A stretch of DNA of 64,000 nucleotides from positions 1,517 to 65,516 of the forward strand of contig CAZWVG010000004.1 of NCBI GenBank assembly GCA_964637355.1, written 5' to 3'. A program made the position numbers and the translations under genes. Positions 51,718 to 60,815 of the stretch are shown one piece after another. This stretch comes from an uncultured Gemmatimonadaceae bacterium. Lineage in GTDB: Bacteria; Gemmatimonadota; Gemmatimonadetes; Gemmatimonadales; Gemmatimonadaceae. The notes beneath the pieces were generated by a model. It was not told the DNA's origin, did not search any database, and saw nothing but the letters and a program-made list of their open reading frames with translations. Positions within the stretch are counted from its first letter, which is position 1; each line of letters opens with the position of its first letter.

Positions 51718-53214
51718 ATGAACGCCAACCGCACCGAATCCATCAAAGAGCTGCTGTGCTCCGTGGCCGAGAATGATCCGACCTTCCCCACGGACGTCGA
51801 CGAGTTGGTGGAGCCTAACGCGGCGGCCGCCGAGATCGTCGGTGAAGGCGTCCGCAGCCGTGCGCGGCTAGTTTTGGACGTCGTAAACTGCATTCGTGCG
51901 AATGGCCTTCAGGCCAAGAAGCCTTCCCGTGTGCGTCTCTCAGGAGCACTTCGGCCGCTTGCCTCCAAGTCGCGCGAAACTGCGCATTTTGTTGAAGTCG
52001 TCGCCGCAATCGTCCGACATGCGCCGCAGGCACCGAGGCCGCAGCGCGTCGTTGCGACTCGCGCGGCTTCGAGTTTTCATCCGAACCGCAGGCGAGATGA
52101 CGACGGGCGAGCCGTCGGGGGCGTTCGCGCCTTCCTCTCCGTCTTCACGTTTCCAAGCGATCCGTGCTCGCTTCGCCTAGAGCCAGACGAGCACGGATTG
52201 TTCGAGACGCCGCTCGACCAGGTGCTCGCAGGCCCTTCAAACTGGTCGGCACCACGCTATGCGGAGGCGGGCGATGTGTGCTTCTTCTACTACTCGAAGC
52301 GATCACGTCAGAATGTGAAGCGCGTTCGGCGCCTTCTCGAACGCGAGGGCAGACTACACAGACGGCTTCGCCAGTTCATCGACCGCGCGGAGCTACAAGC
52401 GGAGCAGTACGCGGGACGGCTTGTTGCGTACTCCTTCGTGCTCGCGAAGGCGCACCGTGACGACAGACTCTCGAGCGAAGACTACGACTGGGGGAATCGA
52501 ATCTTGGCGCCGATGGGAAGTGTGTACGTGCTGCAGCAGTCGCTAGACCTCATGAGGTTTCGCGACACGCTGCCGTTTCCGCACGGTCAGACGATTGTTC
52601 CTTTGCAGCCGAGCGAGTTTGTACGGCTGATGGAAGCGCTGCGGTCGGAGGGGAATGACCTAGATCCACGCCTGCAACGCGCTTTGCCGGTAAGCGTGAG
52701 TCGTGAACTCATCACGTCGCAGAATTGGCGAAAGGTCGCCTGTAGCAAGGCGCATCGCTTCCTCAACGAGCAGGAAGTGCGTGGAGACTTCATCGACTAC
52801 TTCCTCGACGAGTTGCGCGATTTGCGAACCACGGTCGCGCGGGAAGTCGATTGTCGCACTGCCGGCCGCGTACTGGGTCGCGTGGACTACGTCGTACGAT
52901 TGCGGGGTCACGCTGTCCCCGTTGAGGCAAAGCTGAATGTGCGTGCTGAGCGAGATCTTCCGCGGCAGATGCGTCAGTATCTCGAAGCCGAGGAGTTCGT
53001 CGCGTGGAGGATGGGTCGTCCTGCTACTCTTCGTACGCCGTGGTCGAAGCTCGGGATCGTTGTGGATGTGGCGGGTTTGTACGTGCTCAACGAGGGTGGT
53101 TTCGTGGGTTGCACAAGTGATTCACCTGTCATTCGTCGTCTCGAAATCGGCGGTTTGAGTCGACCTGTGCTTCGAGCACGAATCGCGGGGGCGCTGCAAC
53201 TATTGGGAACCTAG
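51718..53214 (+). CDS. hypothetical 498-aa protein with a C-terminal PD-(D/E)xK nuclease motif and a possible PUA/EVE-like middle segment
   Basis: 'GRVDYVVRLRGHAVPVEAKLN' is a D...E-x-K core preceded by the acidic helix 'EQEVRGDFIDYFLDEL'. 'YAEAGDVCFFYYSKRS' resembles the GD..lfYhS strand of EVE/ASCH domains (weak). Confidence 0.45.
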   Translation: MNANRTESIKELLCSVAENDPTFPTDVDELVEPNAAAAEIVGEGVRSRARLVLDVVNCIRANGLQAKKPSRVRLSGALRPLASKSRETAHFVEVVAAIVRHAPQAPRPQRVVATRAASSFHPNRRRDDDGRAVGGVRAFLSVFTFPSDPCSLRLEPDEHGLFETPLDQVLAGPSNWSAPRYAEAGDVCFFYYSKRSRQNVKRVRRLLEREGRLHRRLRQFIDRAELQAEQYAGRLVAYSFVLAKAHRDDRLSSEDYDWGNRILAPMGSVYVLQQSLDLMRFRDTLPFPHGQTIVPLQPSEFVRLMEALRSEGNDLDPRLQRALPVSVSRELITSQNWRKVACSKAHRFLNEQEVRGDFIDYFLDELRDLRTTVAREVDCRTAGRVLGRVDYVVRLRGHAVPVEAKLNVRAERDLPRQMRQYLEAEEFVAWRMGRPATLRTPWSKLGIVVDVAGLYVLNEGGFVGCTSDSPVIRRLEIGGLSRPVLRARIAGALQLLGT

Positions 53215-53380
53215 CGCGGCAGGAGAGGGGCGCAGCGCGCGAAGTGGGCTCGGGAATGCTCCGCCATATTGGCAATTGAGCGTGTGGTTCCCCAAGCGCC
53301 GTGTTGCATCGAACGGCCAACAATCGTCCTCCCTTGCATGCGCGTCGATTCCTGTGACGCCACGGCACCCGGAGGACTCA

Positions 53381-54007
53381 ATGAAGGTGTGTCCATACTG
53401 CGCCGAAGACATCCAAGATGGCGCAATCATCTGCAAGCACTGCCGCTCTTCGCTGAAGGACTCGAATCAACGCAGCGGTGTAGCGCTGAGCTCGGCGATC
53501 TCGCCCAAAGCACCAGTTACGGTGAGGACACCGCTGGTTCTGGCCCTCGCACTGGCCGCGGTCGTCGCACTCGTTGTGATCATCGCGCGCCCCGCGCCGG
53601 ACGCTTCGCCGCCGCCCGCTGCGGTGATGACGGCGACTCCGCCGCGGCCTCCGAAAGTGTGGAATCTCGCCTCCATGTCGGACTTCGACGTAAGCGCCGG
53701 CAAGATCCTGAGTTTGGAGTGGGATGTCCCCGTCGACCAGCCGAACTGCCGCCTCACTGGACGCGTCGAGGTTACCGAGGGTGGCAGCAAAGACGTGCAG
53801 GTCTTCCTCACGTCGCGCGACGAGTTCACCAACCTCGAGAATGGGCACAACGCCAAGTCGTACCTGGCCACTGACAGAACCACGGTCGCGACGTTGGACG
53901 TGCGGGTGAATGAGCCGGGAGCGAAGGTGCTCGCGATCAGCAATGCCTTTTCGCTGCTCACGTCCAAGCACGTACAGATGCGGGATGTGAAGGCGGTCTG
54001 TACCTAA
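53381..54007 (+). CDS. zinc-ribbon / single-TM / extracytoplasmic beta-sandwich protein
   Basis: GGAGGA lies 4 nt upstream of the ATG at 53381. 'CPYCAEDIQDGAIICKHC' is followed by the TM helix 'LVLALALAAVVALVVII'. Confidence 0.6.
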   Translation: MKVCPYCAEDIQDGAIICKHCRSSLKDSNQRSGVALSSAISPKAPVTVRTPLVLALALAAVVALVVIIARPAPDASPPPAAVMTATPPRPPKVWNLASMSDFDVSAGKILSLEWDVPVDQPNCRLTGRVEVTEGGSKDVQVFLTSRDEFTNLENGHNAKSYLATDRTTVATLDVRVNEPGAKVLAISNAFSLLTSKHVQMRDVKAVCT

Positions 54008-54463
54008 CGCGGGGAACGCGCACCGTCGAGACGGCGCGCGCTCGCGTGCGATACTACCCTTGAGCGTCCTCAGGAGCTCATCCCGCACTCTGACCGCGGC
54101 GACATTCTCCGGCCTTCAGCAGGTGGCTCGGCTGCAAGGCGGAAAGCGGAGAATCGCCTTGACGGTTTAATTCAACCGCAGAAGCCGGCAACTCGTCGGA
54201 CGCGTCGATGCGACGCGAGTTTATCCGATTGCGATAAGATCGCAAAACTCGATCAAACTCACCGGCTCCCGATTCAGTCGGTTGCGGTTCGGAGCATCAC
54301 CTACCCGCCGCGCCCGGCGTGCTCAGCGCGCGCGGAGGAAGACTCGATGCCGGCTTGTGGCGCGAGCGGCAACGTCGTGGCGAGCGGATCGCACCTTCTT
54401 TTGCGAGTTCGTGTATCTCCGGGTTGCGTCCGTCAGTCCGACCAGCCCTCGCCGCCCCCGCCC

Positions 54464-55198
54464 GTGAACCTCAGAATCACGCTAGCCCTCCTAGCCCTTG
54501 CAGGCACAGATCTCCACGCCCAACTCGGCCATGGCGACGGCTTCCTCTTCCGCACCCCCACCTTCCGCCTCGCCCTCGCCGCCGGCTACGCCGCCCCCCG
54601 CGCCCAAAGCGACATCTACGACCTCCTCACCACCGAATTCACCCTCAACAAGTCCGACTTCGCCTCGGCCACCTTTAACCTCTCCGCCGGCGTCCACGTC
54701 ACCCCCCGCCTCGAAGTCGGCCTCAGCGGCTCCTGGGCCGGCCGCACCGCCGACTCCGAATCGCGCGACTTCATCGGCGAAGACAACCTCCCGGTCCTCC
54801 AGTCGACCACGCTCGACCGCACGACCATCATGGCCACCGCCCGCCTCTCCCTCCTCGAGCCGGGGCGCGCGATCGGGCGATACGCGTGGATCCCCAACCG
54901 GGTAGTCCCCTACATAGGCGGCGGGGCCGGCGCAGTCCGCTACTCGCTCCGGCAGAAGGGAGAGTTCGTCGACAAGGAGACGCTCGACATCTTCGCGGAC
55001 ACCTTCGAATCCTCCGGCTGGTCGCTCGGCGCCCTGGGGCTCGCCGGGACGGACATCTCGCTCTCCCCCCGTTTCGGGCTCACGCTCGAGGGGCGATATC
55101 TCCTGAGCCGCGCCACGATGAACGGCGACTTCAGTACGTTCAACAAGATCGACCTTTCGGGGTATGATGCCTCGCTCGGGTTGTTCGTCAGGTTCTGA
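54464..55198 (+). CDS. outer-membrane beta-barrel protein
   Basis: The GTG at 54464 gives the signal 'VNLRITLALLALAGTDLHAQ'. Alternating strands and terminal 'LGLFVRF'. Confidence 0.55.
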   Translation: MNLRITLALLALAGTDLHAQLGHGDGFLFRTPTFRLALAAGYAAPRAQSDIYDLLTTEFTLNKSDFASATFNLSAGVHVTPRLEVGLSGSWAGRTADSESRDFIGEDNLPVLQSTTLDRTTIMATARLSLLEPGRAIGRYAWIPNRVVPYIGGGAGAVRYSLRQKGEFVDKETLDIFADTFESSGWSLGALGLAGTDISLSPRFGLTLEGRYLLSRATMNGDFSTFNKIDLSGYDASLGLFVRF

Positions 55199-55212
55199 CC
55201 GGAGGTCCCCCC

Positions 55213-56370
55213 ATGTACCGATTCACTGCACGCCTCGCTTTGGTCTTGGCCGCCATGGCCTTCGCGCCGCCGGCAGGCGCACAGGGCGACAGTTCACCGT
55301 TCGCTCCGTGGATCGGCTGCTGGGACCTGGTGCCGCGCGACGGGTTCGGTGCGAGTAACGAGCGCGTCTGCGTCATCCCGACCGACAAGCCGACCGTAGT
55401 CGACCTGGTCTCTCTCGCGGGAGACAGCATCGCCTCCCGCCAGCAGCTCGACGCGACGGCCTCCAAGCGTGACGTGAAGGAGGGGGACTGCGCCGGTGTG
55501 GAGGACGTGAACGCGACGGGCGCACGCGTCTACCTGCGGACTACGATGCGCTGCAAGGAACAGAATCGCCTGGTGAACAGCGTGATGGCGATCTCGCGCG
55601 ACGGGGAGTGGCTCGACGTGCGTGGCGTGGCGTTCGGGACTAACGTCGGCGTGCGCGCCAACCGCTATCGCGAAGCCCCCGCCTCCGCTCGCCTCCCGGC
55701 CGAAGTCGCGAAGGCGCTCGAGGGGCGCCCGCGCGGGATGAACGCGGCGCGCGTGGCCGCCGCGGGCACGATGCAGCTGAGCGACGTGGAAGAAGCCTCC
55801 CGCTATCTCGAGGTAGGGGTGCTCCAAACGCTGCTCGCCGAGCGAGGGCAGGGGTTCGCACTCGACGCGAAGAACCTCGAGGCGCTCGACGAGGCGGGCG
55901 TCGACCCGCAGGTGATCGACATCATGGTGGCGCTTTCGTACCCGCAGGTCTTCGCCCTCGATCGCACGGCGCTGGGTGACGCGCCCCCCGACACGCGCGG
56001 CGAGAACTACGGTGGCGGCTATGACCGTGGAGGGTACGACCGCGGCGGGTACTACGGCGGCGGATATCCGTACGGCTACGATCCCTACGGCTACGGCTAC
56101 GGGCGCGGCAGCGGCTGGTTGTACGGACGCCGCCCCATCGTGGTGGTGGACCGCGGTTCAGGCAACACGGTCGACGAGCACGGGAAAGTCGTGAAGGGGC
56201 GCGGCTACGTCTCGCCGCGGAGTGATGGATCGTCGAGCTCCTCGGGTTCCTCGGGCTCCGCGCGTCCCAGCAGTTCGTCGGGCGGGAGTTCGTCCGGCTC
56301 GGCGGGGCGGGCGAGCTCCGGGAGCGACAAGCAGACGAGCACGGGGCGGAAGGCGAAGAAGAAGCCGTGA
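55213..56370 (+). CDS. secreted hypothetical protein with a Gly/Tyr/Arg-rich and poly-Ser low-complexity tail
   Basis: Signal peptide 'MYRFTARLALVLAAMAFAPPAGAQG'. The tail is 'GGGYDRGGYDRGGYYGGGYPYGYDPYGYGYGRGSG...SSSSSGSSGSARPSSSSGGSSSGS...KAKKKP'. Confidence 0.6.
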   Translation: MYRFTARLALVLAAMAFAPPAGAQGDSSPFAPWIGCWDLVPRDGFGASNERVCVIPTDKPTVVDLVSLAGDSIASRQQLDATASKRDVKEGDCAGVEDVNATGARVYLRTTMRCKEQNRLVNSVMAISRDGEWLDVRGVAFGTNVGVRANRYREAPASARLPAEVAKALEGRPRGMNAARVAAAGTMQLSDVEEASRYLEVGVLQTLLAERGQGFALDAKNLEALDEAGVDPQVIDIMVALSYPQVFALDRTALGDAPPDTRGENYGGGYDRGGYDRGGYYGGGYPYGYDPYGYGYGRGSGWLYGRRPIVVVDRGSGNTVDEHGKVVKGRGYVSPRSDGSSSSSGSSGSARPSSSSGGSSSGSAGRASSGSDKQTSTGRKAKKKP

Positions 56371-56417
56371 GCTGGGACCGCCCGCTCTTCACGTCATAGC
56401 GCGGCGGTCATCTGGTT

Positions 56418-57407
56418 TCAGTCGGCAAAGTCTGGTTGCATCGCCTTGACCCGCGGCGTGAAGACGCGGGAGAACAACTCGACGTGCTCTCGAAGCCACG
56501 AGAAGTACTCCGGCCAGTTCGCGCGCTCCTGCAAATCTGCGGCACGGCGTACGTAGACCTTCGCCTGTCGGCTATCCGGCGGATTGTGCCAAGTGACCGC
56601 GACGCCGAGCGCCTTGTCGATCGCGCGTCGGTCCCTCTCCAGCGACCTGAAAAAGGCCTTCGCGTCGCGATGGTTCACGACCATCTCGACGCGAAGCTCA
56701 TTGGAGTCATAGGTCTCGAGCGCCGAGTCATAGAACGACGCGATGGAGCAGATCGTGAACCCCGAACGTCCGACTGCGTGTGGCATCCAGACGCGCGGAT
56801 ACGGCTTGGCGGCGCGAATCGATGAGGCTTTCTCGAGATACTCCTTGTACGCAGTCCAGAACTCGAGCTGAAGCGACCCCTTGGCGGAGAGCGCACTGCC
56901 GCCCTTTGAACTTCGTACGCGCTTCGACCAGTCGTTCGGCTTTGAGACAATATTGAATCGCGGGGCGACGGCCGAGGATCCGATTCGCCACAGCTCGACC
57001 TGAATGCCGAAGAAGTTGAAGTCTTCACCGGTGATCTCGTTCAACCAGTCGAGCGCCGCCCGATGCTCTTCGGTGAAGCGCGCCGAGATCCAGATAATGG
57101 TCGCGGCCTGAAGGCCGGCAGCATACGTGATCAGCTGCCCGAGATGCGTATGGTCTGTGCGCTCGAGCTGATTCTCGATCAGCACCCAGTTGTCGGTCCC
57201 CGTATCCTTGCAGAGCAGGTCGGCGCGGAATGGACCTACGTCGCGCTCCTGCTCTTCGAGTACGAGCGAGAGATCCAGCGTCTCACTGAGTAGCGCCAGA
57301 TTGGACTCCTCGGCAAGCCATGACGTGAAATGCCGCGCTTCGTGCTGCCAGATGCGTCGAAGGTCGACGGGTTCGAGGCGGGCGAGGGAGGAAGGAGACG
57401 TGGGCAT
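56418..57407 (-). CDS. PD-(D/E)xK (NucS-like) nuclease + DUF4268 protein
   Basis: 'RRIWQHEARHFTSWLAE...RADLLCKD...WVLIENQLERTDHTHLGQLITYAA...HRAALDWLN', then the DUF4268-like 'LEFWTAYKEYL'. ATG at 57407. Confidence 0.6.
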   Translation of the reverse strand: MPTSPSSLARLEPVDLRRIWQHEARHFTSWLAEESNLALLSETLDLSLVLEEQERDVGPFRADLLCKDTGTDNWVLIENQLERTDHTHLGQLITYAAGLQAATIIWISARFTEEHRAALDWLNEITGEDFNFFGIQVELWRIGSSAVAPRFNIVSKPNDWSKRVRSSKGGSALSAKGSLQLEFWTAYKEYLEKASSIRAAKPYPRVWMPHAVGRSGFTICSIASFYDSALETYDSNELRVEMVVNHRDAKAFFRSLERDRRAIDKALGVAVTWHNPPDSRQAKVYVRRAADLQERANWPEYFSWLREHVELFSRVFTPRVKAMQPDFAD

Positions 57408-57751
57408 TTCGCACTCGGAACGAATAGGAAGCGCTGCGATCCCAACAATGCGCCGGAGTGCGGGCGCTTCGCCAGCGAAATGCGGTGCAACGCTCTCGCG
57501 CCCCCTATGGCAGGTGACGTGCACGCATCGTTCGAGAGGCGTGAGCGCTGATCGAGCTGCGACAGCTAGAGATCAAAAGGCATACGCCTGGTCGACAGAC
57601 TTGCGTCATAGCCAGTATCTGACGCTCGCTAGACGGGCCCTGACGCGCCTGAGACGGGCTCGACGGATCAACTCCATCGCTGGAATAGCGCTGCGGAGCA
57701 GCGGTCACGAAGCCGCGCCGCACCCACCCAATACCGCGACGGAGAATTGAC

Positions 57752-60742
57752 ATGCAACGACGATCTACGGAGTCCTCGCGCTCCATTCTCTTGCGTGCAG
57801 TAGGCTCGCTGTTGCTGCTCGTTCTGGCTGCGTGTGCAGACGAAGCGAATACGGTGGCTGGAGTATCGGCCAACTCGGCGGTGGTCGCCGGCGGCTCGTC
57901 GCTGCAGGTGGCCGCGCTTCCCGTGCTCGAGCGAGACGGAGTCACCTTCACGGTATCACCGGTGATCGAACTCCGTGACGAGCGTGGGAATCTGCTCGTG
58001 GGGACACCGGCATCGATCGAGGTCGGTCTCGCGACGGGGACGGGAAGGCTCGACGGAACACGGATCGTTGGTACCACGACAGGGCGAGCCGTCTTCGACA
58101 ACCTGCGCTTCCTCGGGACCGGCCCGGTGGTGCTGCGCTTCAATGCGAAGGGCTTCGGAGGCGTCAAGAGCGACACGTTCTACGTCGCCGCCCGGACGAT
58201 CTCTCTCGATCCGTCCAGCATGCAATTGATATCGGATTCGGCGGCGATGGCCGACGGAAGGTACGCCTTCACGGTGCAGGGAACGCCACCGACCATCGAC
58301 TCGGGAACAGTGGTGGTTCTCCCGGACATCGGGAGGGCGCGTCGCGTCCTTGCGGTGCAGTCGTCCGGCGGCGTGTTGACACTGCGCACGGGAGACGTCG
58401 GCGTCGAAGAGCTGGGGTTTGTTGGGGCGTACGCCGATTCGGTCGATCTCTCGAGCAGTAGCGCGCCGAGCAGAATCAGAAGCATCGCTGGCGTACCGTC
58501 AGCCTCCGCTGCGCCTCTGTTTCCAACTGTTAGCATCAACGGGCTCGGTCTTGGCTTCGGAAGTTCCGCGACGGCGACCGCTTCGCTGCAGATGACGTTT
58601 GCCGCGTACATGAAGCGGGCGATCGCCTTCGATAAGTTCGGTCGACTCGTTTCCGTCGACATGTCGCTCGGCGGGACCGTAACGCTGCGGGGGCAGCTGG
58701 ACGTTACAGCAACTGCCGCGACGAAGCAGTCCGTGAGTGTGCCGGTCATTCCCGCGACCGTCTGCTTTCCAGCATCAATTGGTCCGGTTGTCGGATGCCT
58801 CGCGCCGAGCGTGACGTTCAACGCCAGTTTGACGACAACGGGTGCGATGACGCGATCGGAATTGGTCACCGCTACTGGGAACCTGGCGGGCGGGATGCAC
58901 TACGACGCGCAGTCCGGCGTCACGATCACGCAAAGTGCAAGTGCTGCGCTCACCGCCTCGAAACTCGTGAGCGCGTCGGTCGATCAGACCATCCAGCTCT
59001 CTCTGACTCCCGAGATGCAGTGGCGCCTGTTTGGATTGCCAGCAGGACCGTTTGTGGCGGCGGGTCCGTTTATTCGCGTGACTGAGACCGTGAGCTCCAC
59101 GCCTCCCACATTCAGCCGGGTCTGCGATTGGGGATTGGAGCTGAAGGGTGGAGTGAAGCTGCAGCTAACACCGCTTCTGAATCTCTCGGTGTCTTCGTCC
59201 AAGAGCGCTCCTTTCGGCACCTTCAGCTGCCCGACACAAACGCCGCCGCCTCCGCCTAACGCGAGCCTCGTCGCGTACTACCCCTTCGACGGCAACGCGA
59301 ACGACGCCTCTGGCAACGGATTCGACGCGACATTCAACAACGCACAACTCGCGGCCGGCGTCTCCGGGCAGACCAACACCGCATATCACTTCAACGGCGC
59401 GAGCGAGATTCGCCTCCCCGCAACTCCAACCAACAGCTTGACTGCAGGAACCGTATCGGTGTGGGTCCGGCTGGATGACACGAACGCGCAGTACAACATC
59501 TTCGCGAAGGTGCCGTCCGCAGGTACCTATCCGATGCGCGTCCAGTTCGGCGGAGCGGCCAGCGGCGCGTACGCTCCGATCGAACGGTGGTGCTTCATCG
59601 TGAATACGCCGCCGCCAGGAGACTGCACCTCACCGGCGTACTCGTTCACGCCGACCTCCTTCCTGTACGACTTCACGAGCTGGCATCTCTACACGTTCAC
59701 GTGGACCACGTCGGGGCGGCAAATCTATCGAGATGGATTCCTCATTACCTCGATCGCGGCTGTCGCGAGCTCTCCCGCATCGGGTGAGCTTGTCCTGAGC
59801 CCGCCCTCCACATCCGGTACCGGAGTGCCGGAGCGACTCAAGGGCTCACTCGATGATCTCCGCATCTACAACTACGCGCTCTCGGCGAGTGAAGTGGCTG
59901 CGCTCTATTCGGCTCCTCCCGGTCCCGCACCCGTCAGCGGAGGACACATCGCCTTCATGAGCGTTCAGCCGTCGGGCGCGGAAGAGATCTTCGCGATGGA
60001 CCCAAGCGGCGGACAGCGGACGCAACTGACATTCCGGGGACTGCACTCCGAGAGCCCGCAGTGGTCGCCCGATGGCTCTCAAATCGCTTATCAGGGCGAT
60101 GTGACTTCGCGACAGAACTTCGAGATACACGTCATGAACGCGGACGGATCGAACGACCACGTCGTGTCGCCCGACCCGTCAGACGATGCGCAGCCATTCT
60201 GGTCTCCCGATGGCAAGCAGATCGTCTTCCAGAGCCGGCGCGCCGTCGGTGCGTGTGCAGGGCAGGGAGCGGAGTACAAGATCTACGTCATGGATGTGAA
60301 CGGGGCCAACCTCACCTGTCTCGGATTCCAGGGCGTACAGAGCGAGACGCCGAGCTTCTCGCCCGACGGTTCGAAGATCACCTACTTTGTGAACCTAGGT
60401 CCTGGACAGGCGGAGATCTGGGTCATGAACGCGAATGGCAGCAACAAGGTCAGGCTCACGTCGGGGGCGCAGGACTTCTTTCCCCGCTGGTCGCCCGACG
60501 GGACGCAGATCCTCTTCGAGCGGAATGCGGCGTCCATCTGCGTGATGTACGCCAACGGATCTGGCGTGAACTGCGTGGCGTCCGGTCGCTATCCCTCGTG
60601 GTCGCCGAGCAGTGGGCACATTGTTTTCACGAACCTGGTCGGCGGCGTCGAGCAGATATTCCGGGTCGCGAGAACGGGAGGGGCAGTCGTCCGAGTGGCG
60701 ACCACCAGTACTCGTGATCTCGAACCGGTCTGGACGCACTAG
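57752..60742 (+). CDS. large lipoprotein: Ig-like domains + LamG/concanavalin-like domain + C-terminal PD40 (TolB-like) propeller
   Basis: Lipobox 'LAAC'. 'LVAYYPFDGNANDASGNG...LDDLRIYNYALSASEV' is a LamG signature. Repeated 'SPQWSPDGSQIAY / FWSPDGKQIVF / SFSPDGSKITY / RWSPDGTQILF' blades. Confidence 0.8.
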   Translation: MQRRSTESSRSILLRAVGSLLLLVLAACADEANTVAGVSANSAVVAGGSSLQVAALPVLERDGVTFTVSPVIELRDERGNLLVGTPASIEVGLATGTGRLDGTRIVGTTTGRAVFDNLRFLGTGPVVLRFNAKGFGGVKSDTFYVAARTISLDPSSMQLISDSAAMADGRYAFTVQGTPPTIDSGTVVVLPDIGRARRVLAVQSSGGVLTLRTGDVGVEELGFVGAYADSVDLSSSSAPSRIRSIAGVPSASAAPLFPTVSINGLGLGFGSSATATASLQMTFAAYMKRAIAFDKFGRLVSVDMSLGGTVTLRGQLDVTATAATKQSVSVPVIPATVCFPASIGPVVGCLAPSVTFNASLTTTGAMTRSELVTATGNLAGGMHYDAQSGVTITQSASAALTASKLVSASVDQTIQLSLTPEMQWRLFGLPAGPFVAAGPFIRVTETVSSTPPTFSRVCDWGLELKGGVKLQLTPLLNLSVSSSKSAPFGTFSCPTQTPPPPPNASLVAYYPFDGNANDASGNGFDATFNNAQLAAGVSGQTNTAYHFNGASEIRLPATPTNSLTAGTVSVWVRLDDTNAQYNIFAKVPSAGTYPMRVQFGGAASGAYAPIERWCFIVNTPPPGDCTSPAYSFTPTSFLYDFTSWHLYTFTWTTSGRQIYRDGFLITSIAAVASSPASGELVLSPPSTSGTGVPERLKGSLDDLRIYNYALSASEVAALYSAPPGPAPVSGGHIAFMSVQPSGAEEIFAMDPSGGQRTQLTFRGLHSESPQWSPDGSQIAYQGDVTSRQNFEIHVMNADGSNDHVVSPDPSDDAQPFWSPDGKQIVFQSRRAVGACAGQGAEYKIYVMDVNGANLTCLGFQGVQSETPSFSPDGSKITYFVNLGPGQAEIWVMNANGSNKVRLTSGAQDFFPRWSPDGTQILFERNAASICVMYANGSGVNCVASGRYPSWSPSSGHIVFTNLVGGVEQIFRVARTGGAVVRVATTSTRDLEPVWTH

Positions 60743-60758
60743 ACGATGCGGAGTCGAT

Positions 60759-60786
60759 GCGCCCCATCCGATCTCGGATGGGGCGC
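60759..60786. terminator. strong GC-rich hairpin between convergent genes (putative bidirectional terminator)
   Basis: GCGCCCCATCCGA (60759-60771), tc, TCGGATGGGGCGC (60774-60786) are perfect 13-nt arms. There is no U-tract on either side. Confidence 0.55.
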
Positions 60787-60815
60787 ACGATGGCCGGCCT
60801 GACGAGGAAGTTCTG

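Noticed and set aside
54270-54300. 'GCGGTTCGGAGCA' looked like a tRNA T-arm or possible att site
   Set aside because: It cannot be folded into a T-stem/loop with the flanking acceptor stem. No cloverleaf is found anywhere in the window.
36310-54300. Calling the island a mobile element (ICE, prophage or transposon)
   Set aside because: There is no integrase, transposase, recombinase or conjugation gene, no tRNA, and no flanking direct or inverted repeats. Only the Uma2 remnant marks one edge.
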